Positions 41,040 through 54,100 of a stretch of DNA of 64,000 nt are shown here, one piece after another. The translations under genes were made by a program, and so were the position numbers. Source of the stretch: Amoebophrya sp. A120 (taxonomy: Eukaryota > Protista > Dinoflagellata); contig CAJINV010000001.1 of NCBI GenBank assembly GCA_905178155.1, forward strand, positions 2,125,572 to 2,189,571, in the 5' to 3' direction. Under the pieces are notes generated by a model. That model did no database searches and was not told where the DNA came from. It saw nothing but the letters and a program-made list of their open reading frames with translations. How positions within the stretch are numbered: the stretch's first letter is position 1; every line of letters begins with the position of its first letter.

Positions 41040-42692
41040 TCACAAAGAGACAAATGCAACTTCAGGATCTCCCGTGCATTCGCGAATGAATGCGCAAAAA
41101 GTGTCTACCGGCAACGCCAGCGTGCTGTGGCAGGCGCAAGGGTGGAATGCCAGTCGGTCGTAGCACTTCGCATTTTCATCGAGAAAGTAACTAACTTTCG
41201 GGCGAGCTTGGCAAGAACTGCCAGTCGTTTCATCATCTTCTCCACCGATACAGTCGCGGTTAAACAGCAGTCCAAACGGCGTCACACTCCTATGAAAGCC
41301 TCAGGTTGGAAATCCTCAAAGTGGAAATAATTTGTAATGCAAAAAAACGACTCCAGTTGAAGCGCCATTTGTAGTCGGCGCATGACAAATTTCCCGGGCA
41401 CTCGAAACGTGTCTGTCATGCTAGTTAGGCAAAGGGGTGCCCTTCTGTCGTGCTAATCAGCAGTCCAATTCTTCACCCCTAGCAGGACAATAGTCGGCCT
41501 CCATTGTGTCCTCTGCAATACAGTCTTTTTTGCCTTGCATTTCATGCGCCACAAATTATTTCCACTTTGAGGATTTCAACTCTGAGGCTTTCATAACTCC
41601 CCGGCAGCAGTTCTAACGCCTGGAGCAGGCTGTCGCTGCTGGCAAAACCCAAGCCGCCACTTGCAGCACCCGGGAGTTTATCAACTGTAAAAATGTCTGG
41701 GTCTGGAAGAATTCATGTTTGTCATGCTTGTCTGGCATGACTCTTAAATCTGTCATGCACGTTACCCACGAGCTCCGTTTTTCTGTGATGCATAAGCGCA
41801 GTTTGTCATGCGGAATAGGCAACACCTAGGAGCTCAGAAACTTGTCATGCTGAGCCAGCATCTTTAGCCTCATCATAAGACGCCACTCAGCATCACAAGT
41901 CTCCAGACCCAGACACTTTTACATTTGATAGAGTTTGAGTTTTTTCAATTCTATTTTCGTTGACGCCACGGCGGAGAGAAGGAAAAGGTTCTTCTTTTTA
42001 TCCTTCAGCAAAAGATTTTTCATCTCCGCGGTTTTTTCTCCCAAATGGGGAGAAAATCGCCTTGCTTGGTCACAGGTGTACACTGTCGGGTGAAGGGCGA
42101 GGGTGAGATTTTTCGATTGGGAAAAAAAGTTTCTCTCCGAAAGCCAGTTGAGACACAGTCTTACGCCTTTGTTGAGGTGGAGTTGCGTTTCGAGTGGGGT
42201 GTCCTGTTCGTCGTTCTTCAGCGATGCACAGGACAGATCAACGGTCAGGGTCGTTTCGTACTGCTTGCCCAAATCTTGGAAGAGCTTTACTATTTCGGCA
42301 TCGTTCAACATCGCAGCTGCGTGGTTGGTGCTATCACAACAACTCTGAAGATGAAGACCAACTCCGTTGCTAGACGAGCCGTTTATTTCGCGCACTGACG
42401 TCCTCGAAGATGTCGCTCGCAAGTCGGCAGCTGCAGAGGAAGAGCACGTGGAGGTCGAACGCCCAACGGCAGGCGAAGCAAGAGCGACTGCGGTTGGAGG
42501 TCCCGTGCGATCATGCTCCTGAAGCTGCTTGCAACTGTTCTGTGGTTCATCATCCGGGACGATTGATGCAGGCGCAATTGGAGGAAGGTAGAAGGCAGTG
42601 TCGGACAAAAATCGAAGGTGCTCAATTTGTAGCCGACGCTTGTTGCAGCTCCTTGCAGCGTCAACATCTTCAGCTTCACACGAAGGAGGCAT
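41040..42692 (-). CDS. YbaK/ProX-family aminoacyl-tRNA editing domain protein (PrdX/ProXp-ala-like)
   Basis: HPTVYT, KNLLLKDKKKNLFLL, then LGFASSDSLLQALELLPGSVTPFGL and AFHP after removing two introners. Confidence 0.85.
41291..41595. mobile_element. Introner family F
   Basis: DR actcc; long TIR tatgaaagcctcag…aaatcctcaaagtggaaataatttgt; restores LPGSVTPFG. Confidence 0.93.
41679..41930. mobile_element. Introner family A (inverted relative to 16794 and 43504)
   Basis: DR gagtt; interior is the near-exact reverse complement of 43504. Confidence 0.95.
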
Positions 42693-43469
42693 TTTGATGT
42701 TGGAGTGTTTTCTTTTCTCTCTAGCAAGCCAAGGAAGAGTATTTGTTCAACAGGTTATGTACAGCAAGTCGTGCATGTGGAATTTTTACAAAACTTACAT
42801 TTGGCTTTTCAAGATCGATGCCATCGCGACAGCCAATTAGACTGAGTCTGAGATCACTTTAAAAAGAAAAGGCAATAAGAATAATGGAGCAAGACAGATG
42901 TTGATCCATCACAGAAGCGCTGACACAGGTACGTTGATCCAAATCCAAATCCTCTACGACTGCGAATCTGTGTGAGATGTTGTAAATCTTCTCTGTCTCA
43001 TCTGTACCCTACGTACCTGTTGTAGATGAGATCTTCATACAATTACAGTTACAAGTTACAACAGACGAGAAACGAGGTCGAACAAGAAGATTAAAGGTAC
43101 TAACATTAGATCGTCAAGAACATTCTGATCGTCACAAACATGATCCTTGACACCAGCATTGATCTTTTATTTCAATGATGCGGTTTCTTCCGCATCTTCG
43201 ATGGAACACGAAGGCCAAAAAAGCCCTCAGATGGACAAGAACTCGTCCTCGCTCTACTACTCAAAGCTCAAAATACCAAGCACAGGCTTCAACGATATCG
43301 AGCAGGCGCGTTTCGCTCTCGGTTTTACTCCTTCGCAAGATAAAACAAAGGCACGCCATTGGCATCGCCTTTTAGTTTTTGTTTTTGTTCCTCCAGCACC
43401 ACCATCATCCAGCAGCGCGGCCACATTTTTGAATGATAGATACTTACGCAAAGAACCAATACACCAGCC

Positions 43470-46400
43470 TCATTCTTCTTGAAAGTTGTCGTATTCCGCT
43501 CTTTATCAAAAGTAAAAATGTCTGGGTCTGGAAACTTGTGATGCTGGGTGGCGTCTCATGAGGAGGCTACAGATGCTGGCTTAGCATGACAATTTTCTGA
43601 GCTCCTAGGTGTTGCCTATTCTGCATGACAAACTGCGCTTCTGCCTCACAGAAATACGCAGCTCTTGGGTAACGCGCATGACAGATTTAAGAGTCATGCC
43701 AGACAAGCATGACAAACATGAATTCTTCCAGACCCAGACATTTTTACAGTTGATACTCTTTTCTGTGGGCACCATTTTTTTTTCCGTCGTTGGTGTTCCT
43801 GACCAACGGGGTAGGTTTTGAATCTTCCGTAATCTCTATCGTGCGTGTAGGAAACGCACACCTTGTCCAAGAAAAAAAACTGTGTTAGTGTTACTTATAC
43901 TTTCCTTGGCTGACAGCATCACAAGTTTGCTCTACATGACAGCGAAAACCTGTCATGCGTGGCTTGTAAGGGAAAACACACATGAAATGAGGACTGCGTG
44001 GCTGTCTGGCATGACAGGTGTAACTAACTCTGTTGTATGTTCTGCATTACAAAGTTGATACACTTACACAGTTTTTTTCTTGCATACACCTTGTCGGGCG
44101 GCCCGCTTTCCCGTTCGTGCACGTTGAAGTCGTATTCGTAGGTTTCGCGGTAGCTCGTGCCCCGGTTCCACAAAATCAGGTTCATCCGCTATCCTGAGTA
44201 AAAATGTCCCCACACCATAGTCAAGATGGGGATCGGCTAGACAAATCCACAAGTTTTGGCTGTTTTGCATGACAAGTTTGGATTCGTAGTGTAGTGCTGT
44301 TTGAGCTAGCTCAGCAGCATCACAGATCTAGCACACCGTGTTGATTGGAGCATGACAAATTGCAAATCACGAATAGAAACTGCTTCTCATGGGGCTCCGC
44401 ATGAGAAACATTTGATTTTCAGCATGCAGATTTGCATTACAACTATGGGGTGGGGACGTTTTTAAATAGGATATCCGCTCCCCCTCCGTGATTTCCATCG
44501 CACCGTGTCGGTGCCTATCCTGTGCAAAAGTATCGCATTCGTATAAATGCTAATGCAAGTCCTGCATTACAAATATTTTTCTCAGGGTAAATCAGCATGA
44601 CAAACGATATTTCTCACGCTGAGAAAATTATTTGTAATGCATTTATACGAGTACGATATTTTTGCAGTTCATAGTGCCGCCCGAGATGCATGATCGCGGT
44701 CCCCTTTTTGTTCGTGTAGACGCACTGGTTTTTCCGGTGGTCCTTTTTTCCCATCTTCCCGCAGAACCGCACCTCCGAACCGGAGAACTGCCCGATTCCC
44801 AGCGCAATGTTGATCGTCACGTCGGAATCGTCGGTGTGCATGTCCTATGAAATGCAAAAGTGTCTGGGTCTGGAATGTCATGCTGTTTTTGGACTCTGAA
44901 AAAATTTGCATTGCATGACCAGCAAGAGGGATGCAGTTTTTGCTACACGGACAGGGCATTTCTCATGCGGAAGGTACATTAGGAAGCCCTCGAAAGGTCT
45001 GCGATGCTAGGTCAAGCATTGCAGGCATCATGGGTCATGAGAAATATGCATGACAAATCTTGCATTCTTCCAGACCCAGACACTTTTACATTTGATATGT
45101 CCAGATGCGTGTCCTTCCGTGGGCTGTACTGCACGATGAAAGAGTGATGGCCGTCCCAATTCGACCCCACCGCGCCGAACCGCGCTTGGCCGAGGGGGCG
45201 GAGCAGGTTTTGGATGGCGTCCATCAACGGTTCCAGCCCGACGTCGTTGAGTATTACCCCGTAGTTGTTCATGCTGTTGGGTTATGCAGTGCAAATATGT
45301 CTGGGTCTGGAAAGTTGGAACTTGTGATGCTCACTGCCAGTCACACAAAAATCTGTCATGCATGGGTAGCAACAGCTGACATTTTTTCGCCACACTGAAA
45401 GCGGGTTTCTCATGCAGAGTAGGCGTCGTAAAGCGTTTGCAAAACCTGTGATGCTAGTCCATGCACGCGAGACCTTCACCTTCTGGGCCGTGCCAATTCT
45501 GCAATACAAGCTTCCAGACCCAGACATATTTGCACTGCATATGGGCCGCTGCACCTTCAGCTGGCTGTCGTGGACGCCGCGGATCTCGCTGACCAACAGG
45601 TCGCAGATATCCTATGCACAAACGTCCCCACCTCACAAGTCAAAATGGGAAATCTGCTAGACAAATCAACCAGCTTTGGTTGCTGCTCGTCACAGATTTA
45701 GCACACCATGCTGATTCGAGCATCACAAGCTCCGCAACATGACTAGAAAATGCTTCGTTCTCACGGAGCTCCGCATGACAAACTTTTTTGGCATGCAGAC
45801 TTGCGTGAGAACTTTGCCGCGGTGGAAACGTTTTTACAGAAGATAGCAGAACTCGTCCGTGAAGAGCGGGAACGAATACACGTTCGGACAACCATATCCC
45901 ACGAAAAAACTGTTTCACTGTGATGGTTTTGCAAGATCTGCATCACAAGTTTGTTACACATGACACAGAAAATTTGCCATGCGCGTTTTCCAAGGGAAAA
46001 CACGCTTAAAAAGCCATTGCGTTGCAGGTGTAGCAAGACGAACACTTTGGTGTTTCGTTCTCTGCATCACAGGTTCACAGTGAAACAGTTTTTTCTTGCG
46101 ATAAACCATCCGTGGCGTTCTGCAGAAACCGCTCGTTGATCAGCGCTTTGACCTCTCGTTCGGCAGAGAGAGGAAGGGAGGGACGAGAAAGCGAAGCTGA
46201 TGTTGATGTTCTTGTTGAGAGGCGGGCGGCCTCCTCGTGGTCCGTAGTGGCAGCAGCAGCCAAACCGCTGCTCGTGATTTCAGTTGCGGAAGTCATAGTA
46301 TGTTGACCTGGTGCAGAAGTAGACGCCGCTCTCCTCAGAATCTGTTCGTATTCTTTCTGAAACTTGCGGAACTCCGGGTGCAAATATTTCTCCGGAAAAT

Positions 46401-48843
46401 TGGACTGGGGAACAACGACCGACGCATCATGGGTTTTACTTTCATCTAGTACACCTGATGAAGCAGACCACGCCGCAATCTTGTTTATGTTTTGCCCGGA
46501 TCTTGAAGAGGCTCTTGCAGCAGCCAGAAAGTGTTCCTTCGCCTTCGCCAAAACATACTCCGTGTCGTCCGGAATCTGTACATTGAAGAAATCCTGGTTT
46601 CTCGCATACAAGGCCGGGTAGACAAACAAGTTCTGTCTCTTGTCAAACCAGGCCTGCGCGGCGTGCTGCTTCACCGTTGACCGCAGCGCGTCCGCCCGCT
46701 GCTCGGTCAAAAAGGGCAGGGACAGAAGTGCGGCGTCGATGTAGGTGAGAAAGCAGAGCGTCTTTTCCAAAGCATCGGCCAGGGTAAACCGGTAAGGGAC
46801 CGCTAGGAAATAATTTTCTATTTCTTCTTGGTCGTGTCGGTGGTCTACTGCTCGTGGTGGCTCACTTGAGGTTGACGCCACTGCTGCAGCTGATGTCCTG
46901 CTTCGTCCGGCAATTGAATCTTCACGCTCGTGGTGCTCGAAAGCGAGAATCCGGACTGTCTTTGACTTTTTCTTCTTTTTCGACGAACTCTTTTTCTGTC
47001 TTTTCACCGAGTGTTGCGATGTTGTTGATGCGTTTACCTTTTCGATATTGCCTTTCTTGGAAGTACTTGCAGCAGGAGCTTCTTCTTGTCGTTCAACATC
47101 AACCTTGACTCTCTTCTCCGAGACGATCTTGGTCGTTATCGTCTTCAGCACCTTCCCTGCACTCCGGGTGAAAAATACCTGCGGAATCACGTGCGCGTGG
47201 CGGTCGTCCCGCTGCTGGCCGCCCAGGAAGGCGTGCTCAACGTTGTTGTGGATACTGACCCGCGGGGCGGAAAACGGGTAGTTGCGGTTGAACCGGACTT
47301 CCACGTTAAAAGTCAAACCGGCATAGTAGTGCATCATCTTATGAAAGTGCGAATAAACTCCCCCTCTTCCACCTCATTTGTCATGCTTAGCAGACTGCGC
47401 GACTAAAGCCCTGGGGGGTGCGGGGTCCGAGGGGTGCACTGAGCACTGCCCGGAACACCCGAACATGCCCCGCGACTGGCACAGGACCAGCAACACAACT
47501 ATTATCGTCGATCTCAGTTTGTCGATCACAACGTAGCTGCGAAGCCGTCCATTCATTTGTCATACAAAGTCCCAACTCCAATTGCTACCTTGTGGCGCAC
47601 CTGTTTGCGTTGCAAACTCTGGAAGCCCAAAGCCAAACAGTAGGACTACACTTCTCAGCGCAATAAACTTGTCATGCACAGCGTCCACATCATGTGTTGG
47701 CGTTTGTATTGCTGTTCGTGCCTTACAAATGACAATGAGCGGTGTGGGTAGCTGTGGACTCTGATACATCTTCTCCCGCCACCACTCTGTGATGATCGGC
47801 CGGTTCTTGCCCGCAATCCTCGTGTATCCTGTGCAAAAGTATCGTACTCCTACTCGTACTAAAACTAATCGCAATCACGCATCACAAGTGAGTCTCCTTG
47901 TGAAGCTGAATCCGGCACATGACATCAAGCTCTATTTGTCATGCTGAGCTAATTTTGTATTGCGGAATTACTATTTCTAGTAGCACGTCGGTACTTCTGC
48001 AATTCATATCGTGGTCGTGCTCGGGTTTCCGTTTTTCCGATTCCGCTCCACGACCGTGAGAAACTCGTTCGTGTTCCGGTTCGTGTACCCCGGCTCGGGG
48101 ATCTGTAACGAGAACCGGATCGCCCACGGTCCGGTTTGTGGCGTCCCGGATTCCGTCACGTCGATCATGGCCGGGTTGCCGTTCATGCTGACCGCTCGGT
48201 ACCGAACCAGCTCGTAGGACCGGGGAATGAAAAGCTTCCGCAGAAGGGAGTGGCTCGCCGGGGAATTATCTTCATCATTTTCGGGCTTCTTGTCCTGCTC
48301 AGTGCTATTTGTTGTACTTGAAGTAGTTCTGGGACGAGGACGAGTCGAGAAGATTTCCAACAGCTCTCGGCCCATCGCCTCCACCGCGATTCGCGCGTCA
48401 CCGTGGTCATCGTCGTAGTAGATCTCAGCGGAGGACTTCGTCGTTCGTTCGGCCTCGAACAGCCGCCGCATCTCGTCGGCCGGGCATTCCGCGGTCTCCT
48501 TGCAAACTGCCCGGATCTCGGCAAAGTTATACTGCCAGTCTTCGCTTGCTGAAGAGGATGGGGTCGGCGGGGACGATGCCGCAGAAGCAGACAAGGTGGA
48601 TTCTTGTGATGAACCCGAACTGGCTGCGAGGACCGTCGTCGTCGACTGAAAATGAGCCAGCCAATAAAGCAGGTGAAGGGTTCTTACCAGCAAGAGCCCC
48701 GGCAAAGATGAAGTCGTGTATGCGAAGCTGCCACCACGACGGGGTGATCCGGCACACATCTTCCGCGACTGTTGTGGTCCGCCCATCCTCTCTCTTTGAT
48801 GTCCTACGTAGAAAGACGAACCTGCGGTGGTTAGACAGTTCAA
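43470..48843 (-). CDS. UBC/UEV-like domain fused to OGFOD2-like 2OG-Fe(II) oxygenase; 11 exons, 10 introners
   Basis: Spliced: GLTFNVEVRFNRNYPFSAPRV…; VYSFPLFTDEFCD; RPNSMNNYG; HLDMHTDDSDVTINI (HxD); HLGRHRHGA (distal H); ERMNLILW; CVSYTHDRDY; AEYDNFQEE-stop. Start codon uncertain. Confidence 0.85.
43504..43755. mobile_element. Introner family A
   Basis: DR ctctt; near-identical to 16794. Confidence 0.95.
43864..44086. mobile_element. Introner family D-like (TGT left end; GT-AG compatible)
   Basis: DR cacct; TIR caagaaaaaaaactgtgt; restores PDKVCVSY. Confidence 0.9.
44190..44473. mobile_element. Introner family C
   Basis: DR tccgc; restores GERMNL. Confidence 0.92.
44516..44673. mobile_element. 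Introner family B
   Basis: DR gtgcc; restores GRHRHG. Confidence 0.93.
44846..45097. mobile_element. Introner family A
   Basis: DR tgtcc; restores HLDMHTD. Confidence 0.93.
45283..45541. mobile_element. Introner family A
   Basis: DR tgggt/tgggc; perfect TIR tatgcagtgcaaatatgtctgggtctggaa; restores QRPNSMNNY. Confidence 0.93.
45608..45845. mobile_element. Introner family C (diverged)
   Basis: DR gcaga; restores DEFCDL. Confidence 0.88.
45895..46103. mobile_element. Introner family D-like
   Basis: DR aacca; TIR gaaaaaactgtttcactgtga. Confidence 0.9.
47340..47766. mobile_element. Introner, weak TIR
   Basis: DR catct; TAT…ATA ends; internal ttgtcatgc motifs; restores REKMMHYY. Confidence 0.75.
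47825..48008. mobile_element. Introner family B
   Basis: DR tcgtg; restores STTTRIAG. Confidence 0.88.
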
Positions 48844-49573
48844 TCAAGGGTATTAATCAATAAAGCAAATGCTGATATTGTAGCAGCGTCGTCCAGTCCT
48901 CTTCGTCTTCCTGGTTGTTGTACAGTCACTCATGTTTCGCAGCACGACGTGCTGGAGGCACGGAGGCACTATAAAAGACGATGGTCGGACTCGAATGTCT
49001 TTGTCGTGCTGATATTGGCAGCATGAAAGCAAGGGGTACAAAGGGGCTTTTTTCAGGGAAAAAGCGGGGGGCTGCCAAAGGTCGTGGATGTGGAACATCA
49101 CCAGACACGACTGACACAATAATTCATAATTATAAGAAGCTGAAGCTGTAGTACTTTCTGCTTGTTTCAAATTCAATGTCTGCTCTTCTACAATCACTAC
49201 TCACAATCCGGTGTGCTACTGTTTTTCTCACGTTCGGCTCTTGAGTCTGCTACGAACAAAGACAAAGACTAAACCTTTTGAAGAAACGTCAGAATCATGT
49301 CGAGTGGTCTAAGTACTTGTCCTTACTTGTTGCAGTTGAAACACAGGGCGGGCTGTGCTCTGGTCATTTTAATTGCGAACGCACTTTTATCTCTTCTGTT
49401 GTGATTTTGCTTTGTTCTCATTGGTTGGCTCGTCTTCCTTCGCAAGAACTACAGCAGGTTCAATTTACAATTACATTGAAATACGTGGGCTCTTCATCAC
49501 GTGAGTAGGGTGTCCTCGCCGGTTCCCTGGAATGATGTCGGAGTACTACATGCTCCACGCGCCACGGGTCCCG

Positions 49574-50011
49574 TCACGCGGTCGCGACCCGCCTCCTCGT
49601 CTCTGGGTACAGATCGCACGTGCCCGACTCGCCATGCCACCAGGCGAGCGCATACAGGAGACAGGGCACGGCGCCCAGGAAGCAGATGTCGCGCAGGATC
49701 GGGCACCCACCGAAGAAGCAGTAGTAGGTGCTCAGCGCCCCGGAGAACGCGCCGAGCAGCAGCGAAAAGCAGGCCCAGGGCCGGACCACGGCCAGCGCGC
49801 TCCGCACGTACTTGAAGTTACCTCGCCAGGGCAGCAGGAAAAAGATTAAATGATAGGTCAGGGAGGCGCTGACGCCCCAACAAGCGCGGGACATCATGGC
49901 GCAAACGCTCTCGTACTGGGGGATTTGGTCGAGTAACAGCACCAAGATCGCCACCTCCGCCGCTCGTGCCCAGAAACAGTAGGTCTGCGAAAGCTTTTTC
50001 GAAAAGATCAT
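49574..50011 (-). CDS. Hypothetical multi-pass membrane protein (5' end unresolved)
   Basis: GC-rich ORF with several hydrophobic segments. Confidence 0.4.
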   Translation of the reverse strand: MIFSKKLSQTYCFWARAAEVAILVLLLDQIPQYESVCAMMSRACWGVSASLTYHLIFFLLPWRGNFKYVRSALAVVRPWACFSLLLGAFSGALSTYYCFFGGCPILRDICFLGAVPCLLYALAWWHGESGTCDLYPETRRRVATA

Positions 50012-51116
50012 CGGTGAACAATCGGTGAAAAAACCAGCACCGCCGGCAGCTGCTGCAAAGCTTGATGTTCACAAAGACCCCTTTTCAACTGCTCCGAGCC
50101 GCCCGCGATATCGGACGACGGGGGTTCTTACGGTTAGATGACCACGACCCCGGCCCTGCGGTGGTTTCATCGCGGTACTCGTAGCGACTCTCATTATTTA
50201 ATGACTTCTACATCTCATGACTTCTAGATCCTGTTCATGGGCACTGCAAGACCGCATGTGGTTGCGGCGGTAATATAGCTCCGCTGCAAATTCGACTGGG
50301 AAGATTGATTCAAGCTTCAAATAACGGGTCCGAACTGTCACCACGACACGCTCTTCTCTGCTTCCGAATAAATTGACATTGATTTTACATTTGTTGAGCG
50401 CAAGCCCAGCTGCAAGTGCAAAGAAGTGCGGCGTTGCTTTCAAATAAATGCAAGCCAAGTGGCTGCCGACTCCTCGTGAGTTGTAGCCTTGTTCCTTGAT
50501 GTGGTACAAAAGAACAACACACGGACGCAGAGCGGTGTACAACACCTCGCCCCTTTTCTGGAACAAACACGCGGCGCCGGCAGCAACCGCTTCTTTTTAA
50601 GAAGTGTTTCGGCGTTGCTTTTCATCGCCGGGCGATTTCATTCTCGACTAAACTGTGTGCAGAGCCCTTGCTTTCTCGGACTCAATTCCTTTGCGCTGCT
50701 CCTCGTTGCTCAATGAATTGCGGCGACATGACCTGCCAACTTGTAATATATAGCGATCATTCCAATTTTTGTTTGCATGGACAAGGACATTTACTTTACA
50801 GCAAATTATAGGTGCAACTAGTATAAGTACACTTGCTCGCGTAGTCGTCCTTTGAAAAGTTCTTCGGGACGTTATGATCATCGTACAATCTTTGCTACAT
50901 GTCGTGCATCAGACAGCACGTGTGCTTCTCAACAAAATGAGCACAGTCAAGAATTCTATTCATCCAAAAAATGAAACAGGCGCTCATCTACATCATATAT
51001 ACATTTTTTCGAAAGAGTTGTAGTTTCCAGAAAGAAAGTGGTCGTGTCTCTAGTAAAACAACTCCGCAGCTCCAACTGTATTGTCATCTGCGCTTTTACA
51101 ACTAGCACCCATAATA

Positions 51117-54100
51117 CTAATTGGGGTTCGCCGCGCTCAGCGAATTCCGCAGCATCCACTTCAGCTGAGCGCGATTTTCCTTACCGGCGACCTTTTCCCG
51201 GATCGTTGCGGTGACTTGTCCAAGCACTTTGAAGAGGTAATTTGGCACGAACTGGAGCTTTTCCTGAAATTTTCTTTCCACGTCGGAAAGCAGCTTCGGG
51301 TCCTCCAGCTTTTTCTTGTTATGCATCGCAAAGTGAAGCACTGTGGCTAATGTCAAAACGCAGCACAAGAAAGCAAAGCTGCAACAAAGCAGACGCAATC
51401 CATCGGAAAGAGGCGGCGGCTTTTCTATTTCCAAACCCCCGCGTCCCCACTGAATCCGCGCCAAAATATCTGAGCGCGCGGGGGTCATTCTGCTCGCGAG
51501 AAAATGAGCAAGAGCGCAAAAGCTGCAGCGTTATTGGCGCGACTGACGCGCTTCATTCTGCCGATTCGATGAGGGGCCCGAGGAATGGCGTCGCCTGTTT
51601 GAAATAAAAATATTTGGCAACGTCTAATTACCACGGTGCTTAATTTTGCAGTGAATACTTGACGTCCTCGATCAATTTCTTCCCACTTTGGGCGATCGCC
51701 GTCGGTGTCGGCATACACCACATTTTTGTTCCTTTGGTCGGATCCTCAAAGCTCTTCAGCACTTTCATGCGCGCGTCAGAATCTTTGCCGCGAACATGAT
51801 CCGGGAACAACAGCTCCAGGAGCACCAACCGCACGGCACGACTATCCGCGTCCATTTTCGACGTCGGCAGGTGGAGACTCAGTTGCCGATGATCACGCAG
51901 CTTCAGGTGCACGCTGTGCATGGGATTGTACGAAACCAGAATCGCGTACGCCACATCGTTCATCAGGTCCCCCAGCCGGACGTCCAAAAACACGCCAAAC
52001 TCCGAGGCGGCCACTTTCCAGAAGGACCGCAAGGGCGCCACGACGAGCCCGCCGATCGCGACCCCCCCGAGGCTGATCCCGGAAAACAGTGCCAGGAGGG
52101 GGGTGATCACGCGCTTCTCGAAATCGTCGATGATCTTGTCGCTCACTTCGTTGGGGCAGACCTCCCCGCTCTTGTCCGCGTCCAGAAAACTGATAAAGAG
52201 CGCCAGGTGCGAGGACATAAGTGCGGACACGAGGCGCGGGACGTTGCGCACAAGAAACTCTTCCGCCACCTTCAACAGCTCCCCCGCGCCCTTGTAAATT
52301 TTCTTTTTCACCGACTTATACAGCGGCGACAACACGTCGTTTACGAGACCTGCGAAATTCAGCTCCAATACGGGCATGCGGACGAATCCATATGCAGTGC
52401 AAGAGCATTTACATATTTGAATTTGTACGGATTGCAACACAGCATCAATACAAGCTAAATCGGCCTTTTTTATACCAATCAATTTCGTCTTTCATCAACT
52501 TGGGAAAGTAATCATTATCATTTGTGATGCCATAAATTTGACTCTTTGTCTTTCCAGGACCAGGAGTACGAAATAATACTAACTATAACTTACTTTTGCA
52601 CATTACATAATCCAGAGTTTGCGATTATTTGCGCCTTGGCTTTCAGCCGGGGACAGCCGAGCGCTACAGAGATCTGTTCCGACAACTTTGCGCACTTGTC
52701 GAAGTTATCCCCTACTGTCCAAGCCTCATTGTCAAACACCCACTCGCACTGCTTCATTTTACCCCCCTCGCCCTTTTGCATGCTATCCCGAGAAAAAAGA
52801 GCTACAGCTACGCATTTTTTATTGCAATTTCAGCAGCACAAACAGGGAAAGTAAGTTTGCAATGCAGCGACCCCCCCCCCTAAGGGTGGAAAACACGTAT
52901 GAAACGAGGGTCGCAAGCATTTCTGGCATGACAAAGGTAAAGGCTGTCTGTCTTGTCTAATTCCGCAACAAGATCTTCACAAAAATGTGTAAAACTGTAA
53001 ACACTTTTACTCAATTTTCCTCGCATACATGCCCTCTGTGATCGAGTGCGCCGCTTCCGCCGTGGCCAGGAGCTGCCTCACGCGCCCCACGCGATCGACG
53101 TTGTGGAAGTGCCAGGGCCGAAATTGACAAAGTCGAAAAATTTGCGATGCACAAAATCGATGTCAGTTGGTGGAGCCTCAGTTTCCAAGTGGCGCATGAC
53201 ATAAACAGACTGTGCAACACGAGGTGGCATTGTGTTTCGGGTGATTTGATCAACCCAAAGACGCCGCCACCCCGGGCCCAACGGACCTGGCACTCCAAAC
53301 TTTCCTCCTCACACACACGCCTCCAAGTGGCGCATGACAAATTTCGGGAGCCTCATTTGCCTGCTCCCAAATACAGGCCTTCAGTAACCTACATTTTTTG
53401 CATCGCATATTTTTCGACTTTGTCGATTTCGATCCTGACACATCCATAGACGTCGTCAACACTGTAACAGGATTGCTTCAGCTTATCGTATCCAATGCAA
53501 ATATGTCTGGGTCTGGAAGGTTGCAACTTGTTATGCTGAGTCTGGATCATGCAAAAACTTCTGTTGCATGATTACCAAAAGATGTCCGCTTTTGACCAGT
53601 TTGACAGGGAGTTTTTCATGCAGGATAGGCACGACAGACACCTTACAGCATCTCTCATGCTAGGTGCTGCATGCCAGGCCTCATGGGTCATGGAAAACCT
53701 GCATCACAAATCTTGCATTCTTCCAGACCCAGACATATTTGCACTTCATATATCGTAGGCCGTGACAAATTCCGGCACAGCCGAATGTGCTGTCGCATCA
53801 AACAGCTCCAGCATCTATGCATTGCAAATATGTCTGGGTCTGGTATGGTATGAGGCTTTCGCCCTCCAGGCACATGGAATGCAAAGTGCAAAGGACGCTG
53901 GGTCTGCAACAAAGGTTGAAGCTGTATTGCGTGTTTCGCACATCTAAAAAATCATACTTAAGTAGCACATAAAGCGCCACACTTTCGTCATGCAAAAGCG
54001 CAGTTTGCAATGCGTTCTGCGCTTGAGAAAAAGGTTGAAAAATTTGTCCTGCTGCACTGCACCTACAGGCACAGTCAATCATGTTGACCATTCAGCATTA

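Noticed and set aside
16902-43821. Repeated small ORFs MLPILHDKLR… (16902, 41613, 43609) as a peptide gene family
   Set aside because: They are chance frames inside family A copies and run into unrelated flanks; no transposase-like features.
51595-51658. Apparent GT-AG intron at the end of ORF 51640-52482
   Set aside because: It leads to an early stop; removing introner 51320-51657 instead joins an exon that parallels repeat 1.
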